NCBI GenBank assembly: GCA_950097015.1
Contig: CATNEN010000003.1
Location: 14,012,001 to 14,076,000, forward strand
Origin: Macrostomum hystrix
Lineage: Eukaryota; Animalia; Platyhelminthes
Direction: 5' to 3'
Length of the DNA stretch: 64,000 nt
The notes beneath the pieces were generated by a model, which ran no database searches, had not been told where the DNA came from, and saw only the letters and a list, made by a program, of their open reading frames with translations. Position 1 is the first letter of the stretch. Each line of letters starts with the position of its first letter. The translations under genes were made by a program, and so were the position numbers. Below, one piece after another: positions 26,643 to 38,398 of this stretch.

Positions 26643-27851
26643 AAGTTTCAGTTGGGGTGTGACTAAAAGCGAAATCTTCTTTAGCAAACATCAGGCCGCA
26701 TTATTAAACAATTAACAGTAGAACGACCATGGGGGTATTTAAGATACCCACTGACTACTTCACGAAGGTTCCTCCTAAACTGAATGACAACTAACATTGC
26801 TTTGTGTAAATCTCTTTGGCGAATCCATATTGGTTAAAAAAAAGAAAAAACACTTACAATTTAATTAATCCAAAATAGTCTAGCCTAAATTATTACATGA
26901 TGAAGATTTGAAATTTTGTGAGTGCATATTTGTGGCTTTTGCCACCGGCCACCCCGACTAGAATCGTTGAATATGTCGACGATGCCGATGTTTTTGTGAT
27001 TCTGGAAGTTGTTTCATCGGATAGAGCGGAAATGTTTTAGCATGTTTTCTAGATTTTCATTGCGATTAGTTGAATATTTGAAGAGATACAGAAAAAAGAA
27101 AGATGTGGGTATTTAAAATAACTGCCGTGGTATTTCTGCTGTTCAAAAATTTGGGGATCTTTGATGTTTTATTAAAAGGGGAAGCAAAAATAATCTAATA
27201 TTTTTCTCTTAAAACTCTCTATGCGCCTTAACATCTACTTTTCGGTAGTAAGTAGTATGCGACGCAAATTCATATTTATTCCAGGATTTTTTTTCTTTAT
27301 TGTTTGAGTAATATAGTAACAAAAAGAATTCCGACAATAAGCTAGCAAACAATAATCAGTGCGTGGGTAGCATTTGCCTCCACCGATCTTGACACTGCTT
27401 GTTAGGCCTATCTTGGTCGCTTTTTTCTACTATAAAACACATTTCTTACATTCAGTTAAAAAGGACAGTCGTTTCCTTATTGCTGCTGTTGAAATCTCTT
27501 GTTTTTTGTTATTTCTTTCTGGTCGTTTAAGAAGTAGAATTGTGTGGTTACATTGATGGTAGTAATATTAGAAGATTAATACGGTATAGTGTGTCGGAGA
27601 GTGATCTAATATCGAAATCTGTTGTGTAAGATAATATGTTTATTCATCTACAATAGAGGATTATCTGATAATTTATCTAGGATAATCTGATAGCCTGTGT
27701 AGGATAATTTTGTAATCTGTGTAGCTTATTCTTATTCGTAATTATGCCCTATTTTTTCAGCAAAATAATCTGTCTTCATATCTGCTTTAAACTATTGCAT
27801 CAGGAGGAGTTCTGTTTCGGAATTTTTAGTTATAAACTTGACTACAACCAA

Positions 27852-30800
27852 ATGGCTAACATCACTGATCTGAAGATTGTGTGTGATCCAAATAAGGCAC
27901 CACCCAAATTTTCTCCTGTAAGTATTACTATATGGCGTATATAGCGTTTCTAATAGTTGATTTAACCTGTCGCTTTTCATGTCGCTTTGCATTTCACATA
28001 TATATTTAAACATGTCACTCCTCTTATCAGACATTTCACTCTTCTTATCAGACATTTCACTATTCTTATCAGACAATTCACTCTTTTTATCTGAAATTTC
28101 ACTCTTCTTATATGACCTTTCACTATTCTTATCAGACAATTCACTCTTTTTATCTGACATTTCACTCTTCTTATATGACCTTTCACTATTCTTATCAGAC
28201 AATTCACTCTTTTTATCTGACATTTCACTCTTCTTATATGACCTTTCACTATTCTTATCAGACAATTCACTCTTTTTATCTGACATTTCAGTCATCTTAT
28301 CAGACATTTCAGTCATCTTATCAGACAATTCACTCTTCTTATCAGGCAATTCACTCTTCTTATCTGACATTTCAGTCATCTTATCAGGCAATTCACTCTT
28401 CTTATCTGACATTTCAGTCATCTTATCAGACATTTCAGTCATCTTATCAGGCAATTCACTCTTCTTATCAGAAATTTCACTCTTCTTATCAGAAATTTCA
28501 CTCCTCTTATCAGAAATTTCACTCTTATCAGACATTTCACTCTTCTTATCTGACATTTCACTCTTATCAGGAATTTCACTTTTATCAGAGATTTCACTCT
28601 TCTTATCAGACATTTCTCTCCTCTTATCAGACATTTCACTCATCTCATCTGAAATTTCACTCTTCTTATCAGACATTTCACTCATCTCATCTGAAATTTC
28701 ACTCTTCTTATCAGACATTTCACTCATCTCATCTGAAATTTCACTCTTTTTTCAGACATTTCACTCGTCTCATCCGACATGTCACTTCTCTCAGCAGACA
28801 TGTCACTCCCCTTTTAATTGCCAATATAAACCTAATCGGCCTGCTCCAATGATTGCCAAATCGCAGATCACAGTCACTCACGACAGTCGAGAAGATGCCG
28901 ACCTATGGAAGGACAGTCTGTTTATGCGCCGCGTCACTCGCTACCTGTGCATTACCTATCAGGAATCGGACAGGGTGCTGTGCGATCTGGCTGTCTGCAA
29001 CGGGCCGCAAGATGTGCCCGACCAGTTTAGCATAATTGAGACGACCTGGGATACGCGTAAGATACTACTGGTTTCAGTTGAACAATTCGGCAGTAGTATG
29101 CGTACATTTTAGTTGCTAATTTTCTATCGAAATTACCCAAACAGAGGAAAGGGCGCTCAAGAAGAAGCAACTGGCTATTAAAATGCAGAACAAATCAGAG
29201 GCCACCTCCGCTATTAACGACATTATACTGTTGGGCAAGCAGAAGCGACCACCGGCTGGTTACTCCGTGATTGGGTGAGCGGGCATATTTTTTGTGGCCT
29301 TATGACCAACACAAAGTGCTACAATAGGTACTGAAGTGAATGGAAGCTGATGTGGAAGTGAATGGAAGCTAATGTGGAAGTGAATGGAAGCTGATGTGGA
29401 AGTGAATGGAGACTGATGTGGAAGTGAATGGAAGCTGGTGTGGAAGTGAATGGAAGCTAATGTGGAAGCTGACGTGGAAGTGAATGGAATCTGATGTGGA
29501 AGTGAATGGAAGCTGATGTGGAAGTGAATGGAGGCTGATGTGGAAGTGAATGGAAGCTGATATGGAAGTGAATGGAGGCTGATGTGGAAGTGAATGGAAG
29601 CTGATGTGGAAGTGAATGGAGACTGATGTGGAAGTGAATGGAAGCTGGTGTGGAAGTGAATGGAAGCTAATGTGGAAGTGAATGGAAGCTAATGTGGAAG
29701 CTGATGTAGAAGTGAATGGAGGCTGATGTGGAAGTGAATGGAGGCTGATGTGGAAGTGAATGGAAGCTGGTGTGGAAGTGAATGGAAGCTAATGTGGAAG
29801 TGAATGGAAGCTGATGTGGAAGTGAATGGAGACTGATGTGGAAGTGAATGGAAGCTGGTGTGGAAGTGAATGGAAGCTAATGTGGAAGCTGATGTGGAAG
29901 TGAAGTGAATGGAAGTGAATGGAAGCTGATGTGGAAGTGAATGGAAGCTAATGTGGAAGTGAATGGAAGCTGATGTGGAAGTGAATGGAGGCTGATGTGG
30001 AAGTGAATGGAAGCTGATGTGGAAGTGAATGGAGGCTGATGTGGAAGTGAATGGAAGCTGATGTGGAAGTGAATGGAAGCTGATGTGGAACTGAATGGAA
30101 GCTGATGCGGAAGTGAATGGAAGCTGATGTGGAACTGAATGGAAGCTGATGTGGAAGTGAATGGAAGCTGATGTGGAAGTGAATGGAAGCTGATGTGGAA
30201 GTGAATGGAAGCTAATGTGGAAGTGAATGGAAGCTGATGTGGAAGTGAATGGAGGCTGATGTGGAAGTGAATGGAAGCTGATGTGGAAGTGAATGGAGGC
30301 TGATGTGGAAGTGAATGGAAGCTGATGTGGAAGTGAATGGAAGCTGATGTGGAACTGAATGGAAGCTGATGCGGAAGTGAATGGAAGCTGATGTGGAAGT
30401 GAATGGAAGCTGATGTGGAAGTGAATGGAAGCTGATGTGGAAGTGAATGGAAGCTGATGTGGAAGTGAATGGAGTCTGATGTGGAAGTGAATGGAAGCTG
30501 ATGTGGAAGTGAATGGAAGCTGATGTGGAAGTGAATGGAATCTGATGTGGAAGTGAATAGAAGCTGATATAGAAGTGAATGGAATCTGATGTGGAACTGA
30601 ATGGAAGCTGATGTGGAAGTGAATGGAAGCTGATGTGGAAGTGAATGGAAGCTGATGTGGAAGTGAATGGAGGCTGATGTGGAAGTGAATGGAGGCTGAT
30701 ATAGAAGTGAATGGAATCTGATGTGGAAGTGAATGGAAGCTGATGTGGAACTGAATGGAATCTGATGTGGAAGTGAATGGAGGCTGATGTGGAAGTGAAT

Positions 30801-31303
30801 GGAAGCAAATGTGGAAGTGAATGGAAGCTTATGTGGAAGTGAATGGAGGCTGATGTCGAAGTGAATGGAAGCTGATGTGGAACTGAATGGAATCTGATGT
30901 GGAAGTGAATGGAGGCTGATGTGGAAGTGAATAAAGTCTGAATTTCCAAACTTATAGCGAGTTCAACAGTTTCACGCTCTGTGTGAAGAACGGCCCAGTC
31001 GAGCAGCAGCAGCAGCAGCGCACAGGAGCGCTGCAAATCACTGTTCAGCCAGCCGCTGCACCGCCCGTGCCACAAAGACCGCCGCCAAATAGGCAGGCTA
31101 GTAAAATTCGCGACCCACTGTCTGGCATTCCCTTTGAAGTTAGCCGACGCTGGGGTGGCGCCGGCGCAGCGGATGCTGGCGCAATGTTCGGCTTCAATCT
31201 GAATGATATTGTTATTAAATCTGGCGCACAGATTGAAGCAGAATATGCTTATAGGTTCTCATTGGAGCGACAGGTGTGCGAACAGTCGCTAATGGAAGGC
31301 TGA
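27852..31303 (+). CDS. MVB12: MVB12 (ESCRT-I subunit, MABP + UMA domains); exons 27852-27917, 28867-29056, 29145-29274, 30958-31303
   Basis: Phase-consistent GT-AG splicing gives MANITDLKIVCDPNKAPPKFSP / ITVTHDSREDADLWKDSLFMRRVTRYLC.. / ERALKKKQLAIK...PPAGYSVIG / EFNSFTLCVK...PLSGIPF...IKSGAQIEAEYAYRFSLE. DADLWKD..TRYLC is the MABP motif and IKS...IE.EY.Y.F..E the UMA motif. Confidence 0.93.
28012..28795. repeat. 21-bp minisatellite (TCACTCTTCTTATCAGACATT)n in MVB12 intron 1
   Basis: Read directly. Lies between the donor at 27918 and the acceptor at 28866. Confidence 0.95.
29333..30932. repeat. 22-bp minisatellite (GAAGTGAATGGAAGCTGATGTG)n in MVB12 intron 3
   Basis: Read directly. Confidence 0.96.
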
Positions 31304-32341
31304 CGAAGCCGATGGTGATTTAGTCTATGGTTGACTCTGAAACAGGAAATTATGAAAACTATTCTTTTAAACAATATTGTATAGTTTATTGATTTATCCA
31401 AATTAATCCTTGTATTGAGCATCGTTGTCATGCTATTATTGAGAGCGCTTCTGCTTTTCCTTATTTTGTTTTTGGATTTTGACACTCAAAATAATATACT
31501 TTTATTATTAGCGAAGTGTCTTTTGGACGATAAGTAATAGGCTATTATCTAACTGTACATTTAAGACTCTTCCCCAGGGTACAAATATATAGCCGTCAAC
31601 CAATCAACGGCGAGCTCTTATCAAAATTCAGATTGTAGACCGTTCGCGAGGGGTAGAGGAGCCAGCCAATGAGCGACGAGCTCTTATCTTATGTTTATAC
31701 TCTTGACTCTGCTGGCGCGTAAAAGAGTTGTACATTCAAACTGTACATTCTATGACTGGTAAGACGGCCAAAAATTAGCTAATCTGCAGCGAGCTCTTGT
31801 CCGACTGTACTTTCTCCAACCTTAGGGCCAGTCTATAAGCAAAGTGCTTCTATAACTAAGAGAATAATTTGTGCCCATTTTATTAACCGAATAAGAATGC
31901 ATAACTTTACAAATTCAGGCACTAAATAGTTAAATCTATACTAACATACTTAACCATACAGTTTATGTGCATTATAAAGAGTTGTACGCACACTAGATTT
32001 TTTATTTTGCACGTTTATAAACTTTTCTACATCAGATAATTGTCTAAGTTTTCCTAATTCATTTTCGTGTAAAGCTTAATCAGTATCTAACGCTGATTGT
32101 GTAAAAATAAATAGAAGATAATTTATCGATTCTAAGAATATGTTTCTCGTTAATAAAATGCACTCTTGTATAATGCTATCTACATTGGCAGATTATACTT
32201 ACGAGTATAAAAGAACTTTTTTGGAATAAACAGTTAAGCTTCTGTTTTTTTCGAATGATTGTTTGCCACGAGGACGTTTAAACTTTATTTATGGCGCTTG
32301 TCCTGGAAAACTTTTGTCAGTGTAAGGATGCATCAGTGTAA

Positions 32342-32845
32342 AGAGATAACACACAGAAGATATGAGACAGGAGAGATGAGACACAGGAGAGACGACACAT
32401 GGAAGAGATGAGACACGGAAGAGATGAGACATGGAAGAGATGAGGCATAAAAGAGACGAGACATGGAAGAGATGAGACATGGAAGAGATGAGACATGGAA
32501 GAGACGAGACATGGAAGAGATGAGACATGGAAGAGATGAGACATGGAAGAGATGAGACATGGAAAAGATGAGACATGGAAGAGATGAGACATGGAAGAGA
32601 TGAGACATGGAAGAGATGAGACATGGAAAAGATGAGACATGGAAAAGATGAGACATGGAAGAGATGAGACATGGAAGAGATGAGACATGGAAGAGATGAG
32701 ACATGGAAGAGATGAGACATGGAAGAGATGAGACATGGGAGAGATGAGACATGGGAGAGATGAGACATGGAAGAGACGAGACACGGAAGAGATGAGACAC
32801 AGGAGAGATGAGACATGGAAGAGATGAGACACGGAAGAGATGAGA
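32342..32845. repeat. 16-bp minisatellite (GGAAGAGATGAGACAT)n, same family as the MITE-internal arrays
   Basis: Read directly. No TIRs seen on its flanks. Confidence 0.93.
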
Positions 32846-33520
32846 TTCTTATAAATCATTTGAGGCTTTGCCTCATCGGAGGCAAAGCTGTATAACTTTC
32901 AACGAAGCATAATATTACTGACAACATATATTTAAAAAGCATTTTAGCTGCCTCCTGTCAATCACAAACTGTTACTGTATTTGAAAAATGAGAATCTTCA
33001 ATCTCCTCAGTCTAAAGACAGTGGCTGTACGCAGGCTTTCGAACCTGTCCTGGACAAGCATAATGAAATTAAAATGGAGTTCAAAATATTTACTTAGCTG
33101 CTATTGAACCAATTCAATCTTTCCATCGTTGATAGACAGAAGCTGAAAAAAACTTTCTTTTTTTGTTCAACCGAATCTCAGTCCAATCGTGCCTTCACTC
33201 TGCTCTCGTGTTTTCGGATGAGTTCATTCTCTCTGGCTGATTTAGTCGAGATCTATTTTTTAGGCCCAATCCGTCAGTCTGTCACGTTCATTCTGCGGCT
33301 GATTAAACGTTATTTCTTTCACGAAACACTCTTTTATTTTCTTTAAACAGAATAATCTCCTGAGAACTGTTTAATTGTGAAGTTGAAGAAAAATTTATAT
33401 GATAAAAAACTAGAAACAATTCTGTCTGCCAGTCTTTTGATTAAATGGTTTTAGACCGTTATTTTTTCTATATAGCCTACAGGTACCAATATACGATCTG
33501 ATAAACTCCTTATTCACCAA

Positions 33521-35007
33521 GGATGAGTAGCAGAGCGGTCTAACGCAGGGGTTGTGCAAACTTATTAGCTAGCGGGCCAAAGGGAGAACCTAAAAGACGA
33601 CAGCGGGCCGCATTGACTGTAGAAATATGAGATATGGGAGAGATATGAGACTTGGAAGAGATGCGGAAGAGATGACACGGGAGAGATGAGACACAGGAGA
33701 GATGAGACACGTGTGAGATGAGACACAGGAGAGATGAGACACAGGAGAGATGAGATATGGAAGAGATGAGACACGGGAGAGATGAGACACGGGAGAGATG
33801 AGACACAGGAGAAATGAGACACAGGAGAGATGAGATATGGAAGAGATGAGACACGGGAGAGATGAGACACGGGAGAGATGAGACACGGGAGAGATGAGAT
33901 ATGGAAGAGATGAGACACGGGAGAGATGAGACACGGGAGAGATGAGACACGGGAGAGATGAGACACAGGAGAGATGATATATGGAAGAGATGAGACACGG
34001 GAGAGATGAGACACGTGAGAGATGAGACACGGGAGAGATGAGACACGGGAGAGATGAGACACGGGAGAGATGAGACACAGAAGAGATGAGATATGGAAGA
34101 GATGACACGGGAGAGATGAGACACAGGAGAGATGAGACACGTGAGAGATGAGACACAGGAGAGATGAGACACAGGAGAGATGAGATATGGAAGAGATGAG
34201 ACACGGGAGAGATGAGACACGGGAGAGATGAGACACAGGAGAGATGAGACACAGGAGAGATGAGATATGGAAGAGATGAGACACGGGAGAGATGAGACAC
34301 GGGAGAGATGAGACACGGGAGAGATGAGACACAAGAGAGATAAGACACAGGAGAGATGAGATATGGAAGAGATGAGACACTGGAGAGATGAGACACGGGA
34401 GAGATGAGACACGGGAGAGATGAGATATGGAAGAGATGAGACACGGGAGAGATGAGACACGGGAGAGATGAGACACGGGAGAGATGAGACACGGGAGAGA
34501 TGAGTCACAGGAGAGATGAGATATGGAAGAGATGAGACACGGGAGAGATGAGACACGTGAGAGATGAGACACGGGAGAGATGAGATATGGAAGAGATGAG
34601 ACACGGGAGAGATGAGACACGGGAGAGATGAGACACGTGAGAGATGAGATATGGAAGAGATGAGACACGGGAGAGATGAGACACGGGAGAGATGAGACAC
34701 GTGAGAGATGAAACAGGATGTTTTGACTGTAGGTGAAGGGGCAACGGGCCGTATTTCGAGGGCCGCATCTGGAGTTTGCCGACCCCTGGTCTAACGCGTC
34801 TGCCTCTCGCACCAAGGTCCCTGAGCTCGATTCCGCGGCGTGGACACAATTATCTGTGGCGCAGTCGTGGATAGGACCAACTCCAAGGCACAGTGAAGTG
34901 TACAATGCCTGACCCTAAGAAAGTCAGGGCCGATGTACACAGCCTGTGAGCGTGTGCCTGCATGGGTACAGTAATCTGGGTGCTTGTGTGCTCAGGAGTC
35001 AGCGAAA
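33521..35007 (+). mobile_element. tRNA-derived SINE, copy 2, split by the hAT MITE (head 33521-33545, remainder 34797-35007)
   Basis: Removing the MITE and one TSD restores GTAGCAGAGCGGTCTAACGCGTCTGCCTCTCGCACCAAGGTCCCTGAGCTCGATTCC, a tRNA-like head with A and B boxes. The body matches 4525-4760 on the minus strand. Confidence 0.75.
33546..34788. mobile_element. Non-autonomous hAT (Charlie/Buster-type) MITE with internal 16-bp minisatellite, copy 1
   Basis: TIRs CAGGGGTTGTGCAAAC ... GTTTGCCGACCCCTG. 8-bp TSD GTCTAACG at 33538-33545 and 34789-34796. Subterminal CGGGCCG motifs. (GGGAGAGATGAGACAC)n at about 33650-34712. Confidence 0.92.
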
Positions 35008-35190
35008 AGGTTTATCAATGTTTTTCTCCTGGTATTCATTTTCCATTGTTTATCTAGATTCTTAACTATATTGGCTCCACTTCAGAATTATCTGTACTAG
35101 AGTAGGCTGAGAGAGTGTCTTCAATATGATTGGCCGATTTCAATCAGAGCCAGAAAGAATGATTAATATCTGAAGTTACTCCCAGATCCT

Positions 35191-35198
35191 TATATAAA
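35191..35198 (+). promoter_or_regulatory. TATA box of the peptide-precursor gene
   Basis: TATATAAA followed by GG, about 100 bp upstream of the ATG at 35292. An inverted CCAAT (ATTGG) lies at about 35128. Confidence 0.55.
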
Positions 35199-35291
35199 GG
35201 CTTCAGATTCTGTCAGAGTAGTACAGGCGAATAAGCTGACCGGCTCGAGTCCATCATAAAGAAGCTAATTAAATCAATTTTTAAACAAAAC

Positions 35292-36514
35292 ATGGCCATA
35301 AATCTCAGAATGCTAAACGCGCTTCTGTTGGCTTCGTTGACGTACGCATGCTTATTAAGCCAAGTGTGCGATGGCCATGCTAGTAAGTTAATACTAGTTG
35401 AGTACAGTTAATCTGAAGTAAATTTCAAATTGCAAAATAACGCTTTCTTATCATTTATTTGAATTTTTTCAGTTTGCGCAGATCATATCAACTTGCACTA
35501 TTGCTACTCGTGTAAGTTAGTTTAACATCTAAGAGTTATCTAAGATTGGGGATGAAAGATTCTTCACAGAAGATCAGGACCATTCCCTCAGATTCTTCAG
35601 GACTGCAACCTCAGATTTTTCAGGACCATTCCCTCAGATTCTTCAGGACTATTCCCTCAGATTCTTCAGGACTATTCCCTCAGATTCTTCAGGACCATTC
35701 CCTCAGATTCTTCAGGACCATTCCCTCAGATTCTTCAGGACTATTCCCTCAGATTCTTCAGGACCATTCCCTCAGATTCTTCAGGGCTGCTTCCTCAGAT
35801 TCTTCAGGACCATTCCCTCAGATTCTTCAGGACCATTCCCTCAGATTCTTCAGGGCTGCTTCCTCAGATTCTTCAGGACCGTTCCCTCAGATTCTTCAGG
35901 ACCATTCCCTCAGATTCTTCAGGGCTGCTTCCTCAGATTCTTCAGGACTATTCCCTCAGATTCTTCAGGGCTGCTTCCTCAGATTCTTCAGGGCTGCTTC
36001 CTCAGATTCTTCAGGACCATTCCCTCAGATTCTTCAGGACTGCAACCTCAGATGCCTCTTTAGATGCCTCAGAACTATTCGCTCGAATTTATGGTACCTC
36101 AGTTTATCGAGGTTCATTCCTTTAGTATTCCATTCGTTGTACTTTAGCACAAAACCCGCGTAAAAACGACTTGCCCATTGATTTTGGTCATCTAAAATTC
36201 AAAAGGGAATGTGAAACGAGCACTGGAGGCCGTGAATGATCAGGAGCAGCGGAACGCTCAGCAGAAAGTTTTGATGGCAATGCTCAAGGCTTACAATCGA
36301 CTGGTACGTAAGGACACATTTAAAAGATCATATTGCACCACCAATGTTAAATCGTTTGATAATATTCGAATTCTAACCATCTTCACAGGACCCAATCTGG
36401 GCTCAAATGGAAGATTTTCAGGCCGGAAAAGTACCAACAAATGACCTTTCTGCGGAGGAAGCGACGAAAAGTCCGATTGAAGATCTAAACGATTCGCGGG
36501 ACAATATTTGGTGA
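35292..36514 (+). CDS. Secreted neuropeptide-like precursor, 117 aa; exons 35292-35382, 35473-35511, 36206-36303, 36389-36514
   Basis: All three introns are GT-AG (gtaagt, gtaagt, gtacgt) and phase-consistent. Product: MAINLRMLNALLLASLTYACLLSQVCDG-HAICADHINLHYCYSWNV-KR-ALEAVNDQEQRNAQQKVLMAMLKAYNRLDPIWAQMEDFQAGKVPTNDLSAEEATKSPIEDLNDSRDNIW*. Hydrophobic signal peptide, dibasic site, acidic tail, TATA upstream, AATAAA at about 36629 and 36665. Confidence 0.78.
35575..36053. repeat. 23-bp minisatellite (CCTCAGATTCTTCAGGACCATTC)n in intron 2 of the peptide gene
   Basis: Read directly. Confidence 0.95.
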
Positions 36515-37584
36515 TAATCAATCACGACGATTAAACGAAAGGACTGAATGAGCTTTTTGAAATGCTTGGTGATCGTTATTAAATTCAGAATCAAGTTAAG
36601 ATCAGACGCAAAAAATTAATTCAACGTCAATAAATCGTTTTCGTGTTTTGTCAATTATCTTGGGAATAAAAACTCAACTATTAGTCCTGTCCTGGCTTTG
36701 ACCTTTACTACACCCACAGTTCGCTACAAAAAAACATTCAGTGGGTAAAAAATGTACAACTGCAGCAAAAGTTCGATAAAATCTTAGGAAATACCCGAAA
36801 TGTACTCGTACGTTGCCTAAATGACTAAATTGTATATTTTAGTCGATTCCAGACTCGAACATCGATCTTAAAGTCATAAGTCTTAAACTATAACCAAAAA
36901 TTGGGAAGATCGTGAAACCCATAGCTATGGGTACATTTTCAGTTGTACCTGCCTGTCATGAGTTTTTAATTGTCAGGCAGGGTAGCTTAGCTTGTATTCT
37001 AAGAAAAATGAATTCAACAAAACTAAGAACAAGGTTGAATTGAAAATTGTTGTTGTTATTATAAAATGAAAATAAACAAAAGCCAGTGCATCGCCATTGT
37101 TTATTGTTAGTCAAGAAGCTACAAGTCTGAGATGATTCTCAAGGACGCGGCGTTTAAGGAACTTGATTCACAATACGAAGTGAACAGGTACACCACAGAA
37201 TCCGTTCCAAATGAGCCAACTACAATGCAGCTATTTAAGCATGCGAATACACAGGATAACGAAATGCTTCTTAAAACTAGGATTATGTACAAGACAACGC
37301 AAAATTGAAGTCTTCTTTTTTGCAGATAAAATATTCTAAGCAATGTTAACTGAATGTCAATCTAAAACAAACTGAATATTTTTCAAAATGTTCAATACTC
37401 TTCAATCGCTACTGTCGATCGCGTCGCGTCGCACAAGTAGTAGTTTATAGGCGATTCCACAATATTTTGTTTAGTAAACCGCTTTTAGTGCACCAAATCT
37501 TTCGAATTGTGGAAACGATCTTAACAGTAATGATATAGTACACACAGCAAAAATAAAGTTCAGTCAAATCCAAATCATTTTATG

Positions 37585-38103
37585 TTAGACATTGAAGCTT
37601 TCACCGCAGCCGCAGGTGCCTTTAGCATTGGGATTATAAAATACAAACTCACTAACTAAAGGCCCTTTAACATAATCCATCTCTGTGCCCAATAGTGTTA
37701 GTTGAGCCTTGCGATCGATGTAGATTGTTACACCGTCTTGTACAACAGTTTCATCCATGGCACCTTTTTCGCTAGCGTATTCCAAGGTGTAGGACAGACC
37801 ATTGCAGCCGCGGGTTCGGACACCGATGCGCAGACCCTTAGCTGAGCTGCCCGATTCGACCAAAGCGGCTTTGATTCGGTCCACAGCGGCCTGGGTCAGG
37901 GTTAGGGGCGATCTAGTCGGACGAAAATTCGGTCCCCGACCAGGAATCACGGTGGCCGACAGGCCTGAGGCCAAGCCTCTACTACTACTACACAAACTAG
38001 TGCCGCTATGAACGATGTTTGGTAGCGAGGAGCCGTAGAGAGTGGCTGACAATGTCTGACAAAAGCCTCTGAGTGAGGCCACTCGATAAAGCATAATCGA
38101 CAT
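37585..38103 (-). CDS. ISCA1: Mitochondrial iron-sulfur cluster assembly protein ISCA1
   Basis: LTLTQAAV..I, GLRIGVRTRGCNGLSYTLEY, IDRKAQLTLLGTEMDY, EFVFYNPNAKGTCGCGESF, with an R/S-rich N-terminal transit peptide. Start set at ATG 38103, just downstream of a CTAAC..TTTCAG acceptor, instead of 38142. Confidence 0.96.
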   Translation of the reverse strand: MSIMLYRVASLRGFCQTLSATLYGSSLPNIVHSGTSLCSSSRGLASGLSATVIPGRGPNFRPTRSPLTLTQAAVDRIKAALVESGSSAKGLRIGVRTRGCNGLSYTLEYASEKGAMDETVVQDGVTIYIDRKAQLTLLGTEMDYVKGPLVSEFVFYNPNAKGTCGCGESFNV

Positions 38104-38398
38104 TTCTTTATAGGAACTGAAAGTTAGGTAAAGTTGTTTCATGAAAAATATAACTTATTTACGCACAGGATAAAAGGCTAAAACAAAAGTTCACATTAGG
38201 CTTGACTTTCTCAGAGTTTTATAGACCCACCTGCGATTATTAAGACCTGAATCACAGTTTTTTATCAAGTTAATTTTACAACTGCGCGAAATGAAACACT
38301 GGGTGTCTTGCTTAGGGACACAAATTGCTTCCCTGACACTTAGAGTCTATTGCATTTTAATATGTATATTTAAAATATTTGTCTCTTAAATGAGTCCA

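Noticed and set aside
27792-29112. 311-aa (SEMSDKK)n and 377-aa ORFs as independent genes
   Set aside because: They are the 21-bp satellite in MVB12 intron 1. Only 28867-29056 of the 377-aa ORF is a real exon.
33521-34850. tRNA gene
   Set aside because: A and B boxes are present but the acceptor stem and T-loop are degenerate, and the sequence continues into a repeated SINE body.
38104-38142. ISCA1 start at 38142 as given in the ORF track
   Set aside because: This segment contains a branch point and acceptor (CTAACTTTCAG), so it is probably intron or outron sequence. ATG 38103 is preferred.
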